From contig JAJDZJ010000033.1 of NCBI GenBank assembly GCA_022824685.1, positions 2,522 to 66,521 on the forward strand: DNA of 64,000 bases, given 5' to 3'. This DNA comes from Caldilineaceae bacterium. GTDB lineage: Bacteria; Chloroflexota; Anaerolineae; Caldilineales; Caldilineaceae. Shown here piece after piece: positions 9,824 to 19,037 of this stretch. The first letter of the stretch is position 1. Every line of letters starts with the position of its first letter. The position numbers were made by a program, and so were the translations under genes. The notes below the pieces were generated by a model. That model worked only from the letters and a program-made list of their open reading frames with translations. It was not told the DNA's origin and did no database searches.

Positions 9824-10843
9824 TCAACAGTTTTCCATTATGATGTCTCTGGCAGTTTCTATCCATAGGGGATGCGTGTTCAGACTCTCCACAAGCCGCA
9901 GGTCTTCTCCCCCCATTTCCAGGAACAGTTCGTGATATTCCTCGCCTACTTCGATGGTGGTTTCCAGGCAATCGGCGACAAAGGAGGGCGAAAAGGCCAG
10001 GATTCTCTTTACGCCCCTTGCGACAAGGGTCTCCAGGACCTCTTCCGTATAGGGATGAATCCATGGATCTTTTCCCAGCCGGGACTGGAAGCTGACGGTG
10101 TAATCCTCTTCCTCCAAATCCAGCGCCTCGGCCAGGACCCGGGACGTAGCAAAACATTGAGCGCGATAGCAGAGGTGATTTCTGGCGTGGATAGTATCAC
10201 AGCAACTGCCGCCGCTTAAGCAGTGAGAATTCCCCTTGGTGAGCTGACGCTCGGGCAACCCATGAAAAGTGAAAAGCGTATGGTCATATCTGTTTCGTGC
10301 GAACTGTTGCTTTCCGAGGCAGGCTATGGTCTGGATCATCTTGGGATGATCAAAGAAACTGTCGATGAATCGGATCCTGGGAATTTCCGCCCACTTTTTG
10401 ATGACCTGCATCACTTTTTCATGGACCGACCCCACTGTTGCTGAGGCGTATTGGGGAAAGAGTGGGAAGACAATGATGTTTGACGGGCGCTGTTGCCGCA
10501 GCGTTTCCAACGCCGATTCGATACTGGGCTTCTGATACCGCATTGCCAAGGCGACGATAAATTCGTCTCCCAGCCTGAGTTGAATCTGTTCTTTGAACTT
10601 GCAGCTGTGGTACATCAGAGGCGAGCCTTCATCCGACCATATCTTGCGGTATTCTCTGGCGGATTTGGGCGCGCGAAAGGGAGCGATAATCAGGTTTACC
10701 AATAGAAGCCTGCGCCAGTAAGGAATGTCGATGATGCGCCCGTCCATAAGAAACTGGCGCAGGTATCTCCAGACATCGATCGTTTCGGGGCTGTCAGGTG
10801 TGCCAACATTGACCAATAGGACTCCAGTTCTCGATTTCTCCAT
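9824..10843 (-). CDS. hemH: Ferrochelatase
   Basis: GVLLVNVGTPDSPE..VWRYLRQFLMDGRIIDIP, FPLFPQYASATVGS, and the HGLPER / ADCLETTIE motifs. I use the internal ATG (cat at 10841-10843). The longer track ORF would overlap the upstream gene. Confidence 0.9.
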   Translation of the reverse strand: MEKSRTGVLLVNVGTPDSPETIDVWRYLRQFLMDGRIIDIPYWRRLLLVNLIIAPFRAPKSAREYRKIWSDEGSPLMYHSCKFKEQIQLRLGDEFIVALAMRYQKPSIESALETLRQQRPSNIIVFPLFPQYASATVGSVHEKVMQVIKKWAEIPRIRFIDSFFDHPKMIQTIACLGKQQFARNRYDHTLFTFHGLPERQLTKGNSHCLSGGSCCDTIHARNHLCYRAQCFATSRVLAEALDLEEEDYTVSFQSRLGKDPWIHPYTEEVLETLVARGVKRILAFSPSFVADCLETTIEVGEEYHELFLEMGGEDLRLVESLNTHPLWIETARDIIMENC

Positions 10844-10947
10844 CGCTTTCCATTGCTCTATGTTCGTTGAGGCAGAAATTTGGGGGACTGTGAACGCAGG
10901 CGCGACATGCCAGGTCGGGATTACACCCGGCAGCGCCACTCCAGACA

Positions 10948-11784
10948 TTAGAATTTCTTGGCCGCCGCGATCTCGGCGTGCTGCGGCAGGTAGGGCACGT
11001 CTTTCCGGTCCCAGGCGGCGCGGCCTTCGACGGCATGGATCCCCATCAGCTGGCGCCGGTGCGGTGTATCCGCCCAGTCGATTATGTGCTGGGGCGGCGG
11101 CGCGCTGCCCCACTTCTTCACCCAGAAGGGCATGTAGCCGTAGATGAGAATACGGCGGTCGCGCGGGCTGGTATTGGCGAGGCCGGTATGCCAGCAGAGA
11201 ACGTTCCAGATGATGGCGGAGCCGGCCTTGCCGACGATCTTCCTGAGGCCCGGCATCCGCTCCAGCGTTTCGCCGACGAACTCCGTGCGGGATGGGCGCG
11301 GGTCCCGCTTGTGGCTGCCGGGGACGAGGCTGAAGCAGCCCATGTCGGGCGCCTGATCATCAAGGAAATAGAAGACCTTCGCCTTGAGCATGAACTGGGG
11401 ATGGCGCCAGGCCGGCCAGTCGCGGTGCCAGCCGGTGTGGGCATTGGTGCCGGAGTGATGGCAGTGGGCGACCATCTCCATTGTCTGTACGTCGGGCCCG
11501 ACTACCTCTTTCAGGATAGGCAGCACGCGGGGATTCTCGGCGATGTCAAGGAAGAGAGAGTCGTACTTGTGAATGTCGCCCATCGTGTGCGCGTCGGGCC
11601 CGTTGCCGTAGCCGCCCTTGAAGTCGCCGTTGCGGACAGATTCGGCCCAGGCCGGTTCGGTCTGTCGCTGGATTTCCTCGTACGCTGCCCGGACGCGATC
11701 CAGTCCGAAGGGCTCAAGCGCGTTTTCGACGATCAGAAAGCCCTGCTCGTCGATCTGTTCCCGTTGTTCTGGTGTGAGCACCAT
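10948..11784 (-). CDS. Phytanoyl-CoA dioxygenase (PhyH) family Fe(II)/2-oxoglutarate oxygenase
   Basis: LTPEQREQIDEQGFLIVENAL N-terminus, WHRDW and SLVPGSHK motifs, 278 aa. Confidence 0.75.
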   Translation of the reverse strand: MVLTPEQREQIDEQGFLIVENALEPFGLDRVRAAYEEIQRQTEPAWAESVRNGDFKGGYGNGPDAHTMGDIHKYDSLFLDIAENPRVLPILKEVVGPDVQTMEMVAHCHHSGTNAHTGWHRDWPAWRHPQFMLKAKVFYFLDDQAPDMGCFSLVPGSHKRDPRPSRTEFVGETLERMPGLRKIVGKAGSAIIWNVLCWHTGLANTSPRDRRILIYGYMPFWVKKWGSAPPPQHIIDWADTPHRRQLMGIHAVEGRAAWDRKDVPYLPQHAEIAAAKKF

Positions 11785-11888
11785 TTCCTCCTTACGAGAA
11801 TGGCGTATAGTCAGTGAAGCGATAGCGGCGATTGCGCTGAATATGATGTTCGGCGCAAACTGCCGCGGGCGGCAGGGGGCACAGTCGG

Positions 11889-13139
11889 TCAGACCGTGCG
11901 CAGGTAGTCGCGGATCAGCAGGGCTGCGGTTGCGCCCTCGCCGGCGGCTGAAGCGACCTGCTTGGTGCTCTCGGCGCGCGCGTCGCCTGCGGCAAAGAGA
12001 CCGGGGACGCTCGACTCCAGCGCGGCTGGATCCCGGTCAACATAGAGAGGAGGGCGGCTATCGGCATCGTGGACAAGAGCATGACCGGTCTCGATGAAGC
12101 CCCAATTGTTAAGGCGCACACCGGTCCCCTCCAGGAATCCCGTATTTGGCTGGAGACCGATAAAGACGAAGGCGCCATCGCCAGACATGTGGGACTCGGC
12201 TTCGGCCTGGTTATTCCATAGCCGGAGGCCATTGAGTTGCGCCCTGGCGCCGAGGAATTCATGAACTTCGGTGTTCCAGCGCACGTCGATTTTCGAATTT
12301 CCTGACACCGACTCCTGTATGACCTGACTGGCGTGCAAGGTAGAGCCGCGGACGAGTAGTGTAACCTGTTCGGCGAATTTGGTCAGCAACAGGCTTTCTT
12401 CTGCAGCGCTGTTGCCGCCGCCAATGACGGCAACCTGTTTGTCTCTGTAGAAGGGGCCGTCGCAGGTGGCGCAGAAGTGAACGCCGGCGCCCAGGTAGTC
12501 GTTTTCGCCGGGTACATTGAGGCGGCGGTAGCGGCTGCCGGTGGCGATCAGGACGGCCTGGGCACTGTACTGATCCCCAGCGGCGGTTTCGATGCGGTGG
12601 TAGTTGTCCTGGCGCTGAATTGTCGCGACATCCTGGGCCTGCAGCATTTCGACCCCGAAGCGTTCGGCCTGGGCGCGCAGTCTCTGGGCGAAGTCATAGC
12701 CATCGACGCCGTCGGGGAAGCCGGGCAGGTTATCCAGTTTCTCCGTGGTCGCGGCCTGGCCGCCAAAGGCGGAGCGCTCGATGATGAGGATGTCGATACC
12801 TTCACGGGCGAGGTAGAGGGCCGCGGTCAGGCCGGCAGGGCCGCCGCCAATAACGATCACCGGGTAGTGCTGGCGGCTGGCGGTTGTTTTCAGGCCAAGT
12901 TTTGCGGCCAGTTCGGCATTGCTCGGTTCGACGAGGCGGGAACCGTCGGCGAAAACGATGGTCGGTATGATGCGTTTGCCATCGTTCATCTCGATGACGC
13001 GCTGTTCGGCGTCGGCGTCCTCTTCGATGTTTACCCACTGGTATGGGATCTGGTGTTCGCCGAGGAACTGTTTGCTGCGGCGGCAGTCTGGGCACCAGAA
13101 GGCGCCGTAAACGACGATGTCGGATGAAGGGTCGGGCAT
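11889..13139 (-). CDS. Glutaredoxin/NrdH-like domain fused to thioredoxin-disulfide reductase
   Basis: N-terminal IVVYGAFWCPDCRRSKQFL...IPTIVFADGS (CxxC thioredoxin fold). The TrxR part follows: VIVIGGGPAGLTAALY, the redox-active CATCDG, GGGNSAAEE and FAAGD. Start taken at the ATG (cat at 13137-13139). Confidence 0.85.
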   Translation of the reverse strand: MPDPSSDIVVYGAFWCPDCRRSKQFLGEHQIPYQWVNIEEDADAEQRVIEMNDGKRIIPTIVFADGSRLVEPSNAELAAKLGLKTTASRQHYPVIVIGGGPAGLTAALYLAREGIDILIIERSAFGGQAATTEKLDNLPGFPDGVDGYDFAQRLRAQAERFGVEMLQAQDVATIQRQDNYHRIETAAGDQYSAQAVLIATGSRYRRLNVPGENDYLGAGVHFCATCDGPFYRDKQVAVIGGGNSAAEESLLLTKFAEQVTLLVRGSTLHASQVIQESVSGNSKIDVRWNTEVHEFLGARAQLNGLRLWNNQAEAESHMSGDGAFVFIGLQPNTGFLEGTGVRLNNWGFIETGHALVHDADSRPPLYVDRDPAALESSVPGLFAAGDARAESTKQVASAAGEGATAALLIRDYLRTV

Positions 13140-13497
13140 GGTTTCAGTCTCTCTGCTGTGAACCTGGTCGCCCGCAGCCGGCTCCGTTCTTGAGTACGGA
13201 GCGCTGTACCGACCACATATCTTGCTACGCTCCTGTTCGCTGCGGCGGCGGTCGGCGCTGAGGCGATGCGTATTGCTGTCCGCATTGTAGCAGTAGGGCC
13301 GCGTATGGGTCAATCGAAACGCCGGTTGCCGCTGAACCCGGCAGCTCGGAAACTTTGCGGCAGGCTGACCATTGCAGAAAGTTCAGACAGGTCTCTTCTC
13401 CACTTTCTGTATGTCTGCAGCATGGGCTAGTAAAGCAAAAGGCTTGGCCACAAGTAAAGCATTTTGCTATAGTGAATTCCGTGGGGAGAATTCTCTG

Positions 13498-13754
13498 TAC
13501 GGACTGACGATAAAGCAGCAGGCCATAAAGGCCCTTCAGTAGATGCCTCGGCAGAATGCGCTGCGTATTCGCCGGGCATTGGACAGATTGGCCGAGGACC
13601 CCGACCGTCGAGATGTCGATATTGCTCTTTTGGAGGGTAGACCGGCTTTCGTCTGCGTGTTGGCGGATTTCGGGTCACTTTTGAGCGAGACGACAGGGCG
13701 TGCGCGATTGATGTGATGCGCATCGCACCACGTGGTCAGGCTTACAGGCGGTAG
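13498..13754 (+). pseudogene. RelE/ParE-superfamily toxin remnant (in-frame TAG plus a -1 frameshift)
   Basis: Frame A reads YGLTIKQQAIKALQ-TAG(13540)-MPRQNALRIRRALDRLAEDPDRRDVDIALLEGRP. After about position 13644 the homology continues in another frame as GFRLRVGGFRVTFERDDRACAIDVMRIAPRGQAYRR, ending at the stop at 13752-13754. Confidence 0.6.
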
Positions 13755-13767
13755 GAGAACAGTTCTC

Positions 13768-14142
13768 ATGGGCAATTTGCAAATCATTCACGATGAAACC
13801 GGACAGCCGGTGTTCGCTGTGATTCCCTGGCGCGAGTATATGCGCTTGTCGAAGGGCGGGGCCTTTGAAGCAGATCTGAGTGATGAAGAGATCTATGATT
13901 TCGCAAAAGATGAGGGGAGCGAGTCTTTTCCAGTTGAGGTGTTCGACCGTCTCTTGTCCGGCGCAAACCCGATAAAAGTGTATCGAGAGCACCGCGGTAT
14001 GAGTCAGAAGGCGCTGGCAGCGACGATCAGTATCAGCCCGATTTACCTCTCCCAGATCGAGACGGGCAGGCGTGTGGGCTCCGCGAGGACACTGGCTTCG
14101 ATTGCAAAGGCGCTTGGAGTCAGCCTGGACTATCTCGTGTGA
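13768..14142 (+). CDS. XRE-family HTH antitoxin (HigA-like), intact
   Basis: GGAG lies about 10 nt before the ATG at 13768. The C-terminal HTH reads YREHRGMSQKALAATISISPIYLSQIETGRRVGSARTLASIAKALGVSLDYL. The gene starts 13 nt after the toxin remnant's stop. Confidence 0.75.
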   Translation: MGNLQIIHDETGQPVFAVIPWREYMRLSKGGAFEADLSDEEIYDFAKDEGSESFPVEVFDRLLSGANPIKVYREHRGMSQKALAATISISPIYLSQIETGRRVGSARTLASIAKALGVSLDYLV

Positions 14143-14198
14143 ATTGTCAGGAGATTTGAGGGAGAGAATCGTCTGAAAGCTGCATGGCTGCAGTTGGG

Positions 14199-15119
14199 TC
14201 AGTTGAGCCGGAGCTCTGCCAGCGCGAGGCCGCTCTCTCCGGCGACCGAGTAGAGCAGATAGACCTGGCCGCCTTCCTGGTAGATGCCGGGATCGCGCAG
14301 TTGACGTGCAGGTTCATGAATCGCCCCGCGCTGCGATGGTTCCAAGGGCAGATTGACACCCTCGTACTCGGTTTCCGGTTCCAGGATCGAGAACGGGGCG
14401 GAGGCTTTCCACTCCTTCCAGTCCGGGCGCAGGTCAACGGTGGCGCAGAGGATATGCTCCGGGCAGTCGCCGGCGCGGGAATAGAAGACGTAGAGGATGT
14501 CGTCGCGTATGAGCAGGGCGGCATGGCGCTGGTCGCGGTCGAAAAGGACGGGCCCCGGTTCGTAGTTGGCGCGCCCGTCGCGGCTGCGAAAGAGGATACC
14601 GGGCATCGCCAGGGCGTAGTGCCAGCCTGCGGACGTGTCGGGGTAGCGGAAGACGCGGAAATAGCTGGGTCCGAGAATCTCGGTATCGGAAGTAAAGTTG
14701 ACGCCGTCCTCTGAGACGGCAAGCAGCGACCGCTGGCCTTCCAGAAAGGGATAGATTCGCTTCAGCGGGTCGGAATCGAGCTCTTGCGGACGTACAAAGG
14801 GTCCGTGATAGTACATCAGGATGCGCCGGTTTTCTTCATCGATGTGCAGGTCGGGGCTGGCGATATGGTTGTAACAGGGGGTCTGCTCCAGACGCAGTGT
14901 GCCTGGGGTGTATACGGTCCACGGCCCGACGAGCTCGTCGGCATAGGCCAGGCGGATGGATTCGCCCTGATGGTGGGCAAAGTAGAGGTAGTAGTTGCCC
15001 AACGGATTGGGCAGCCAGTCCGGCACGCGCAGGAGTGAGGGCCCGTTGATATTGGCGCCGATGGCATCGTCCAGGTCAGGCGTGATGATCGGGTTGGAAG
15101 CAAGACGCTCGACCTGCAT
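14199..15119 (-). CDS. Conserved hypothetical, probably a beta-propeller glycosyl-hydrolase-like protein (family not recognised)
   Basis: Good RBS (AAGGAGA). NPIITPDLDDAIGANINGPSLLRVPDW..YYLYFAHHQG..IRLAYAD..GPW, with repeated blade-like segments. The functional call is weak. Confidence 0.45.
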   Translation of the reverse strand: MQVERLASNPIITPDLDDAIGANINGPSLLRVPDWLPNPLGNYYLYFAHHQGESIRLAYADELVGPWTVYTPGTLRLEQTPCYNHIASPDLHIDEENRRILMYYHGPFVRPQELDSDPLKRIYPFLEGQRSLLAVSEDGVNFTSDTEILGPSYFRVFRYPDTSAGWHYALAMPGILFRSRDGRANYEPGPVLFDRDQRHAALLIRDDILYVFYSRAGDCPEHILCATVDLRPDWKEWKASAPFSILEPETEYEGVNLPLEPSQRGAIHEPARQLRDPGIYQEGGQVYLLYSVAGESGLALAELRLN

Positions 15120-15238
15120 GGCGTGTCTCCTTATGACGAATCTGCCCGTTGCCTACTCCTTCAATTCGGAGAGCAGGCAACGGGCGAACAATGCTGTCAG
15201 CAGTGGATATGTCGGAATGACCAACGTCCCGGCGCCGT

Positions 15239-17485
15239 TCAGGCAGCGCCGGGAAAGGGATACTCGTACCAGTCCAGCAGGCCGAGGGGCGCGGCGGCGC
15301 CGGCGTAGAGGATCAGCGAGGTGTATTTGTCGGCGAAGATGCGGCCGCCGCCGACTCCGTCAATGACCGCGCCGGAGGGATCGGCGAATTTAGGGCCGCT
15401 TTCCTTGCCTTCAAGATTGGCCGTCAGCGCAGCAAAGGTGTTCGCTCCGATTTTCAGGTAGCGTTCGTCGCCGGTGACGCGCCAGGCGTAGGTGAGCGCT
15501 TCGAACGCATGGGGCGTGGGCGCGGTCCGCTGGAGGGACGGGAGCTCTTTGTAGTAGAAGACCCCGTCCGGCCCGAGACAGTGTTCGATGAGATCATCCA
15601 TTACCGATACGATTAGCCGCTTCACCCTCTCGTCGTCTTCGATCAGCAGATAGCGGGCAAAAGAGTTGACGGTCAGAGAGATCATGAAGGGCACGCGGGG
15701 CATGGTGTGGCTGGTGTACGGGGCCAGGAGCGCGCCGTACTCGTCGTGCCAGTCAAGGAACATGTCGATCAGCCGCCGGGCCTCGTCGCGCCAGCGCTGT
15801 TCACCGGTGCCGAGCCAGAGGCCGACATAGGCGCGCAGGGCCCATCCTCCTTCCCGCACCGATGCCTCGCCCAACTGCCGCATGGATGGCAGCGCCATAT
15901 GGCGAAGTATGTTTTCGCCGATGGAGTTCGCCGCGTCCAGGCCCTCCTTGCGACCGGTGAGGAAGTAGTAGTCGAGAAAGCCTTCGGTCCACTCGTGGGA
16001 GGGCGTGCATCGTCCGGTGGCGTGGTAGCGGGTGTGGATGCGCAGGCCGCCGTCGATCAGCGGGTCCGGGTGATGGTGGCAGAAGTCGACGTCGAGCCAG
16101 TGCCGGGCGCTGACCAGGGCGGAATCGAGGGCGCGGCGCTGTCCGGTGAGAGCGTAGTAGAGGGTACAGGCGTGAGGGCGGTCGTACTCGTTGTTGACCC
16201 AGACGTTTTCGCCGCCGCCGCGGCCCTGGTTGGTGTAGCCGGAATCGGGCGCGTCGCCGAAATGCATCATGCCCAGCGCCTTGGGGCGTCCGTCGTGCAG
16301 GTTATTGAGATCGGTAAAAAGGCGGCGGGGCAGATTCTCTGGAAAATAGGTCTCGATCCAGGGATTGTTGGCGCGGTACCACTCCACTGGCAGCGAGGGT
16401 CGATCCGGCAGCTGGAACTGCAGGCTGCGCTGGCTCAGGGTATCGAGGGATGTCTCGGGCCCGTGGAAGTGGAGTTGGATGCGGTGGGTCTTTGCCATGC
16501 CCTGCAGGATGGGGGCAGGTGTTTCTCCGGCGGGGTAGAGCCAGCAGGCGATGCCCTGTTTGCGGCCGTGCAGTCTTTTGGGGAAGTTCTGGTGGGCCTG
16601 GTAAATGGAGAGGCAGAGGCCGCCGCGAGCGTCGCGCCAGTCAGTCCAGAAGTCACCGTAGTAGGAATCGATGAAGTGTTCATTGGACTGATAGAGCATG
16701 GTCTCGGTATCCAGGGTCTGCGAGAGTTCGTCCTCGCTCTGGCTGATGGAGGTTCGATACCAGCCTTCGCCGAGAGCGAGTTGGGACGGCTCGTCGGACT
16801 GTGAGGGAGCGAAATCAAGGCGCAGGCTCTGTAGAGCGACTTGCGGCGTGTCCAGGGTATGCAGGAACTGGTGCTCGACTTCGATGAAAGGTTTGCCGGC
16901 GTAGGCGGTGATGCGGCCGCGCAACGCCAGAAACCCGTCGCCGTCAGGTTTCAGGTGGCGGCCGCGAACGAGTATGACGGCGCGAAGCGGGCCGGCCTCT
17001 TCGATCTCCAGTTCGACGGCGCCGCTGCCGCTGCCGGCCGCGGCGGCGTCGGTCTCCATTGTGAAGCCGGCAAAGGGCGCGGGCCATGCGGGACCCTCCG
17101 CCAAGGCTACGTCCTGCACGGGGAGGAAACCCTCCCGCGGCACACGGAAGCGCAGCGGCCCGGTGTCGACCAGCAGGCCGCCGGTATCCTCGGTCACGCG
17201 AACCTGCTGTTGCGGCTGCGGCGCCGGGTCAGTGCCGACGCGAAAGTTGAGCGTCTTGGAAAGGTTGCCGGGCAGGTCCGGCTGGAGGTGGACCAGCAGC
17301 CATTTGACGCTGCCATCGGACCAGCGGGCCAGGGCGCGCTGTTGGGACGGCAGCGCTTCGCCGCCGTCTTCAATGACCAGGTGGGCTGCGTCGGTCAGTT
17401 TGCCCTGGTCGAAGGGAAAGCTGACGGTGACCGGTTCGGCGACGCGCTCGAACTGAGAAAGCTTTTCAAAATAGAGGGTGCTCAC
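15239..17485 (-). CDS. Large conserved hypothetical, candidate polysaccharide-active enzyme (from memory resembles YetA/PcRGLX-type proteins)
   Basis: A 748-aa ORF from the GTG at 17485, with AAGGAGA 9 nt upstream; the track ORF extends to a TTG at 17560. An N-terminal beta-rich part (VTVSFPFDQGKL) is followed by a helical C-terminal half. The family assignment is uncertain. Confidence 0.4.
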   Translation of the reverse strand: MSTLYFEKLSQFERVAEPVTVSFPFDQGKLTDAAHLVIEDGGEALPSQQRALARWSDGSVKWLLVHLQPDLPGNLSKTLNFRVGTDPAPQPQQQVRVTEDTGGLLVDTGPLRFRVPREGFLPVQDVALAEGPAWPAPFAGFTMETDAAAAGSGSGAVELEIEEAGPLRAVILVRGRHLKPDGDGFLALRGRITAYAGKPFIEVEHQFLHTLDTPQVALQSLRLDFAPSQSDEPSQLALGEGWYRTSISQSEDELSQTLDTETMLYQSNEHFIDSYYGDFWTDWRDARGGLCLSIYQAHQNFPKRLHGRKQGIACWLYPAGETPAPILQGMAKTHRIQLHFHGPETSLDTLSQRSLQFQLPDRPSLPVEWYRANNPWIETYFPENLPRRLFTDLNNLHDGRPKALGMMHFGDAPDSGYTNQGRGGGENVWVNNEYDRPHACTLYYALTGQRRALDSALVSARHWLDVDFCHHHPDPLIDGGLRIHTRYHATGRCTPSHEWTEGFLDYYFLTGRKEGLDAANSIGENILRHMALPSMRQLGEASVREGGWALRAYVGLWLGTGEQRWRDEARRLIDMFLDWHDEYGALLAPYTSHTMPRVPFMISLTVNSFARYLLIEDDERVKRLIVSVMDDLIEHCLGPDGVFYYKELPSLQRTAPTPHAFEALTYAWRVTGDERYLKIGANTFAALTANLEGKESGPKFADPSGAVIDGVGGGRIFADKYTSLILYAGAAAPLGLLDWYEYPFPGAA

Positions 17486-17774
17486 GATGCCTGTTCTCCT
17501 TGTCTGCGCGTCCAAGTAGGGAATGCCGGCGCGTGGTCGGTCATTTTCGGTTGCCGGCAATCAGGGAGCGCACTTGTCCGCGAACTTGCTGCAGGATCAT
17601 GGGTATAGGGCGGGAGGTATGGGCAGGATCGTACCAGCAGTGTGATCGCATTGCAAGGTTGACGTAGATGGGCTTCGAGCAGGTCGTTGGGACTGGCCGG
17701 GGAGACGTGATAGAATGACCGCAGAACAGTTGTATTACACACGAACGAGCGTTTGACAGGCTGGAGGAGGAAAC

Positions 17775-18782
17775 ATGGAACACGCAGGACTGGCGTCCGA
17801 CGTTTCCGGGACGAAGACCGAGGCATCGCAGCCGAACGGGTCTACAACAGCGAATGATGAGGCGGCGCCTGAAACGCAGGTGAATCCCTGGGCGCCCGAT
17901 GAAGGGCGTTATGTCACCCTGGAGGAGTACTGGGCCAAGTGGTATGAGAATCCTTACCCTGACATGGATGTCAGCTACGAATGGAATAACGGCAGACTGG
18001 AGGCCAAACCCTTGCCCAATGCCCCGCAGCTTGAACTTTACAATTGGTTCCTTGACCTTTTGCGCCGCTATCTCAGCACGTACGACATCGCAAGGCTGAT
18101 CAATTTGGAGACCGGTTTTGTTTTGACCGTGGCGGATACGAAGGAAGCGTCCGGGGAACGGGTCCAGGTACGTAAACCTGACGTCGGCGTCATCCTGAAC
18201 AGCAACCCGACGCCATGGGGTGAAATTGAGCAGCGACATTTTAGCGGCGTGTGCGATGTCGTCATTGAAGCGGTTTCCGATTCCACGCGGGCGGAGGTGT
18301 TGCGCGATACGGAGGAAAAAAAGCTGGACTACGCACTGGGCGGGGTGAAGGAGTACTATATTCTCGACCCCAGCGGGGAGCACATGCATTTCTTTCGTCG
18401 CGAACCGGCAGGTCAATATGAGGAGATTCCGCCGGATGCGGAGGGCGTGATCCGATCGGAGACGCTTCCGGGCCTGCAGTTTCGGCTGGAGGATCTGCGG
18501 CGGTTGCCGCAGCTGTTGGAGCTGGCTCTGGACGATGTGTATTCCGGATATGTCATTCCCGACCATAAGGTGGCCGTGACCAGGGCCGAGGAAGCAGAGT
18601 TACAGGCCGAAGCTGAAGCGCGGAGAGCTGATGCGGAGGCGCAGCGGGCGGAAGCAGAGGCGCAGCGGGCCGATGCGGAAGCGCGTCGGGCCGATGCCGA
18701 GAATGCCGCCCGGCAGCAGGCGCTGGAACGGGTGGAGGAATTGGAGGCCGAGCTGGCCCGCTTCCGCCGCCGGAGTTCCTGA
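17775..18782 (+). CDS. Uma2-family (DUF820) endonuclease with a C-terminal Ala/Glu/Arg coiled-coil tail
   Basis: YVTLEEYWAKW...YEWNNGRLE..KPDVGVIL..IEAVSDST...KKLDYALGGVKEYYILDP matches the Uma2 PD-(D/E)xK pattern. GGAGGAGG RBS. Confidence 0.8.
   Translation: MEHAGLASDVSGTKTEASQPNGSTTANDEAAPETQVNPWAPDEGRYVTLEEYWAKWYENPYPDMDVSYEWNNGRLEAKPLPNAPQLELYNWFLDLLRRYLSTYDIARLINLETGFVLTVADTKEASGERVQVRKPDVGVILNSNPTPWGEIEQRHFSGVCDVVIEAVSDSTRAEVLRDTEEKKLDYALGGVKEYYILDPSGEHMHFFRREPAGQYEEIPPDAEGVIRSETLPGLQFRLEDLRRLPQLLELALDDVYSGYVIPDHKVAVTRAEEAELQAEAEARRADAEAQRAEAEAQRADAEARRADAENAARQQALERVEELEAELARFRRRSS
18612..18716 (+). repeat. Coding 21-nt (heptad) tandem repeat
   Basis: AEARRAD / AEAQRAE / AEAQRAD / AEARRAD / AENAARQ, encoded by five successive 21-nt units. 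Confidence 0.8.
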
Positions 18783-19037
18783 ACGCGTCCTGACGCAGTA
18801 GATCCCTGACTCAAATAGAGTATACGCCCCCCCGGCTCGGCATTTGGCTGTTGGCGCCTGCGCGGGCAGCCGGCGCCGGGTCAGGTTGAAGGTTGTTGTG
18901 TCCCCCTGCGAATGGGGGGAGTAGTCCCAGCGAATTGGTAAGCGAAGCGGAGCAAGGATACATTGCGGTGCGGCGCAGGAGAGGGCGCGCGGGCAGGCCG
19001 CTCCGCTCTTCATCCTCTTTACGCAGGAGTCGTCGAT

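Noticed and set aside
9824-11113. N-terminally extended track ORFs: hemH to 11113, TrxR fusion to 13313, sulfatase from 18963, PhyH from 42047, RraA-like from 44098, ABM from 36609, permease from 26609
   Set aside because: The extensions overlap neighbouring genes or are Arg/Pro/Gly-rich. Family homology begins at an internal start codon that usually has a better RBS, and I used those internal starts.
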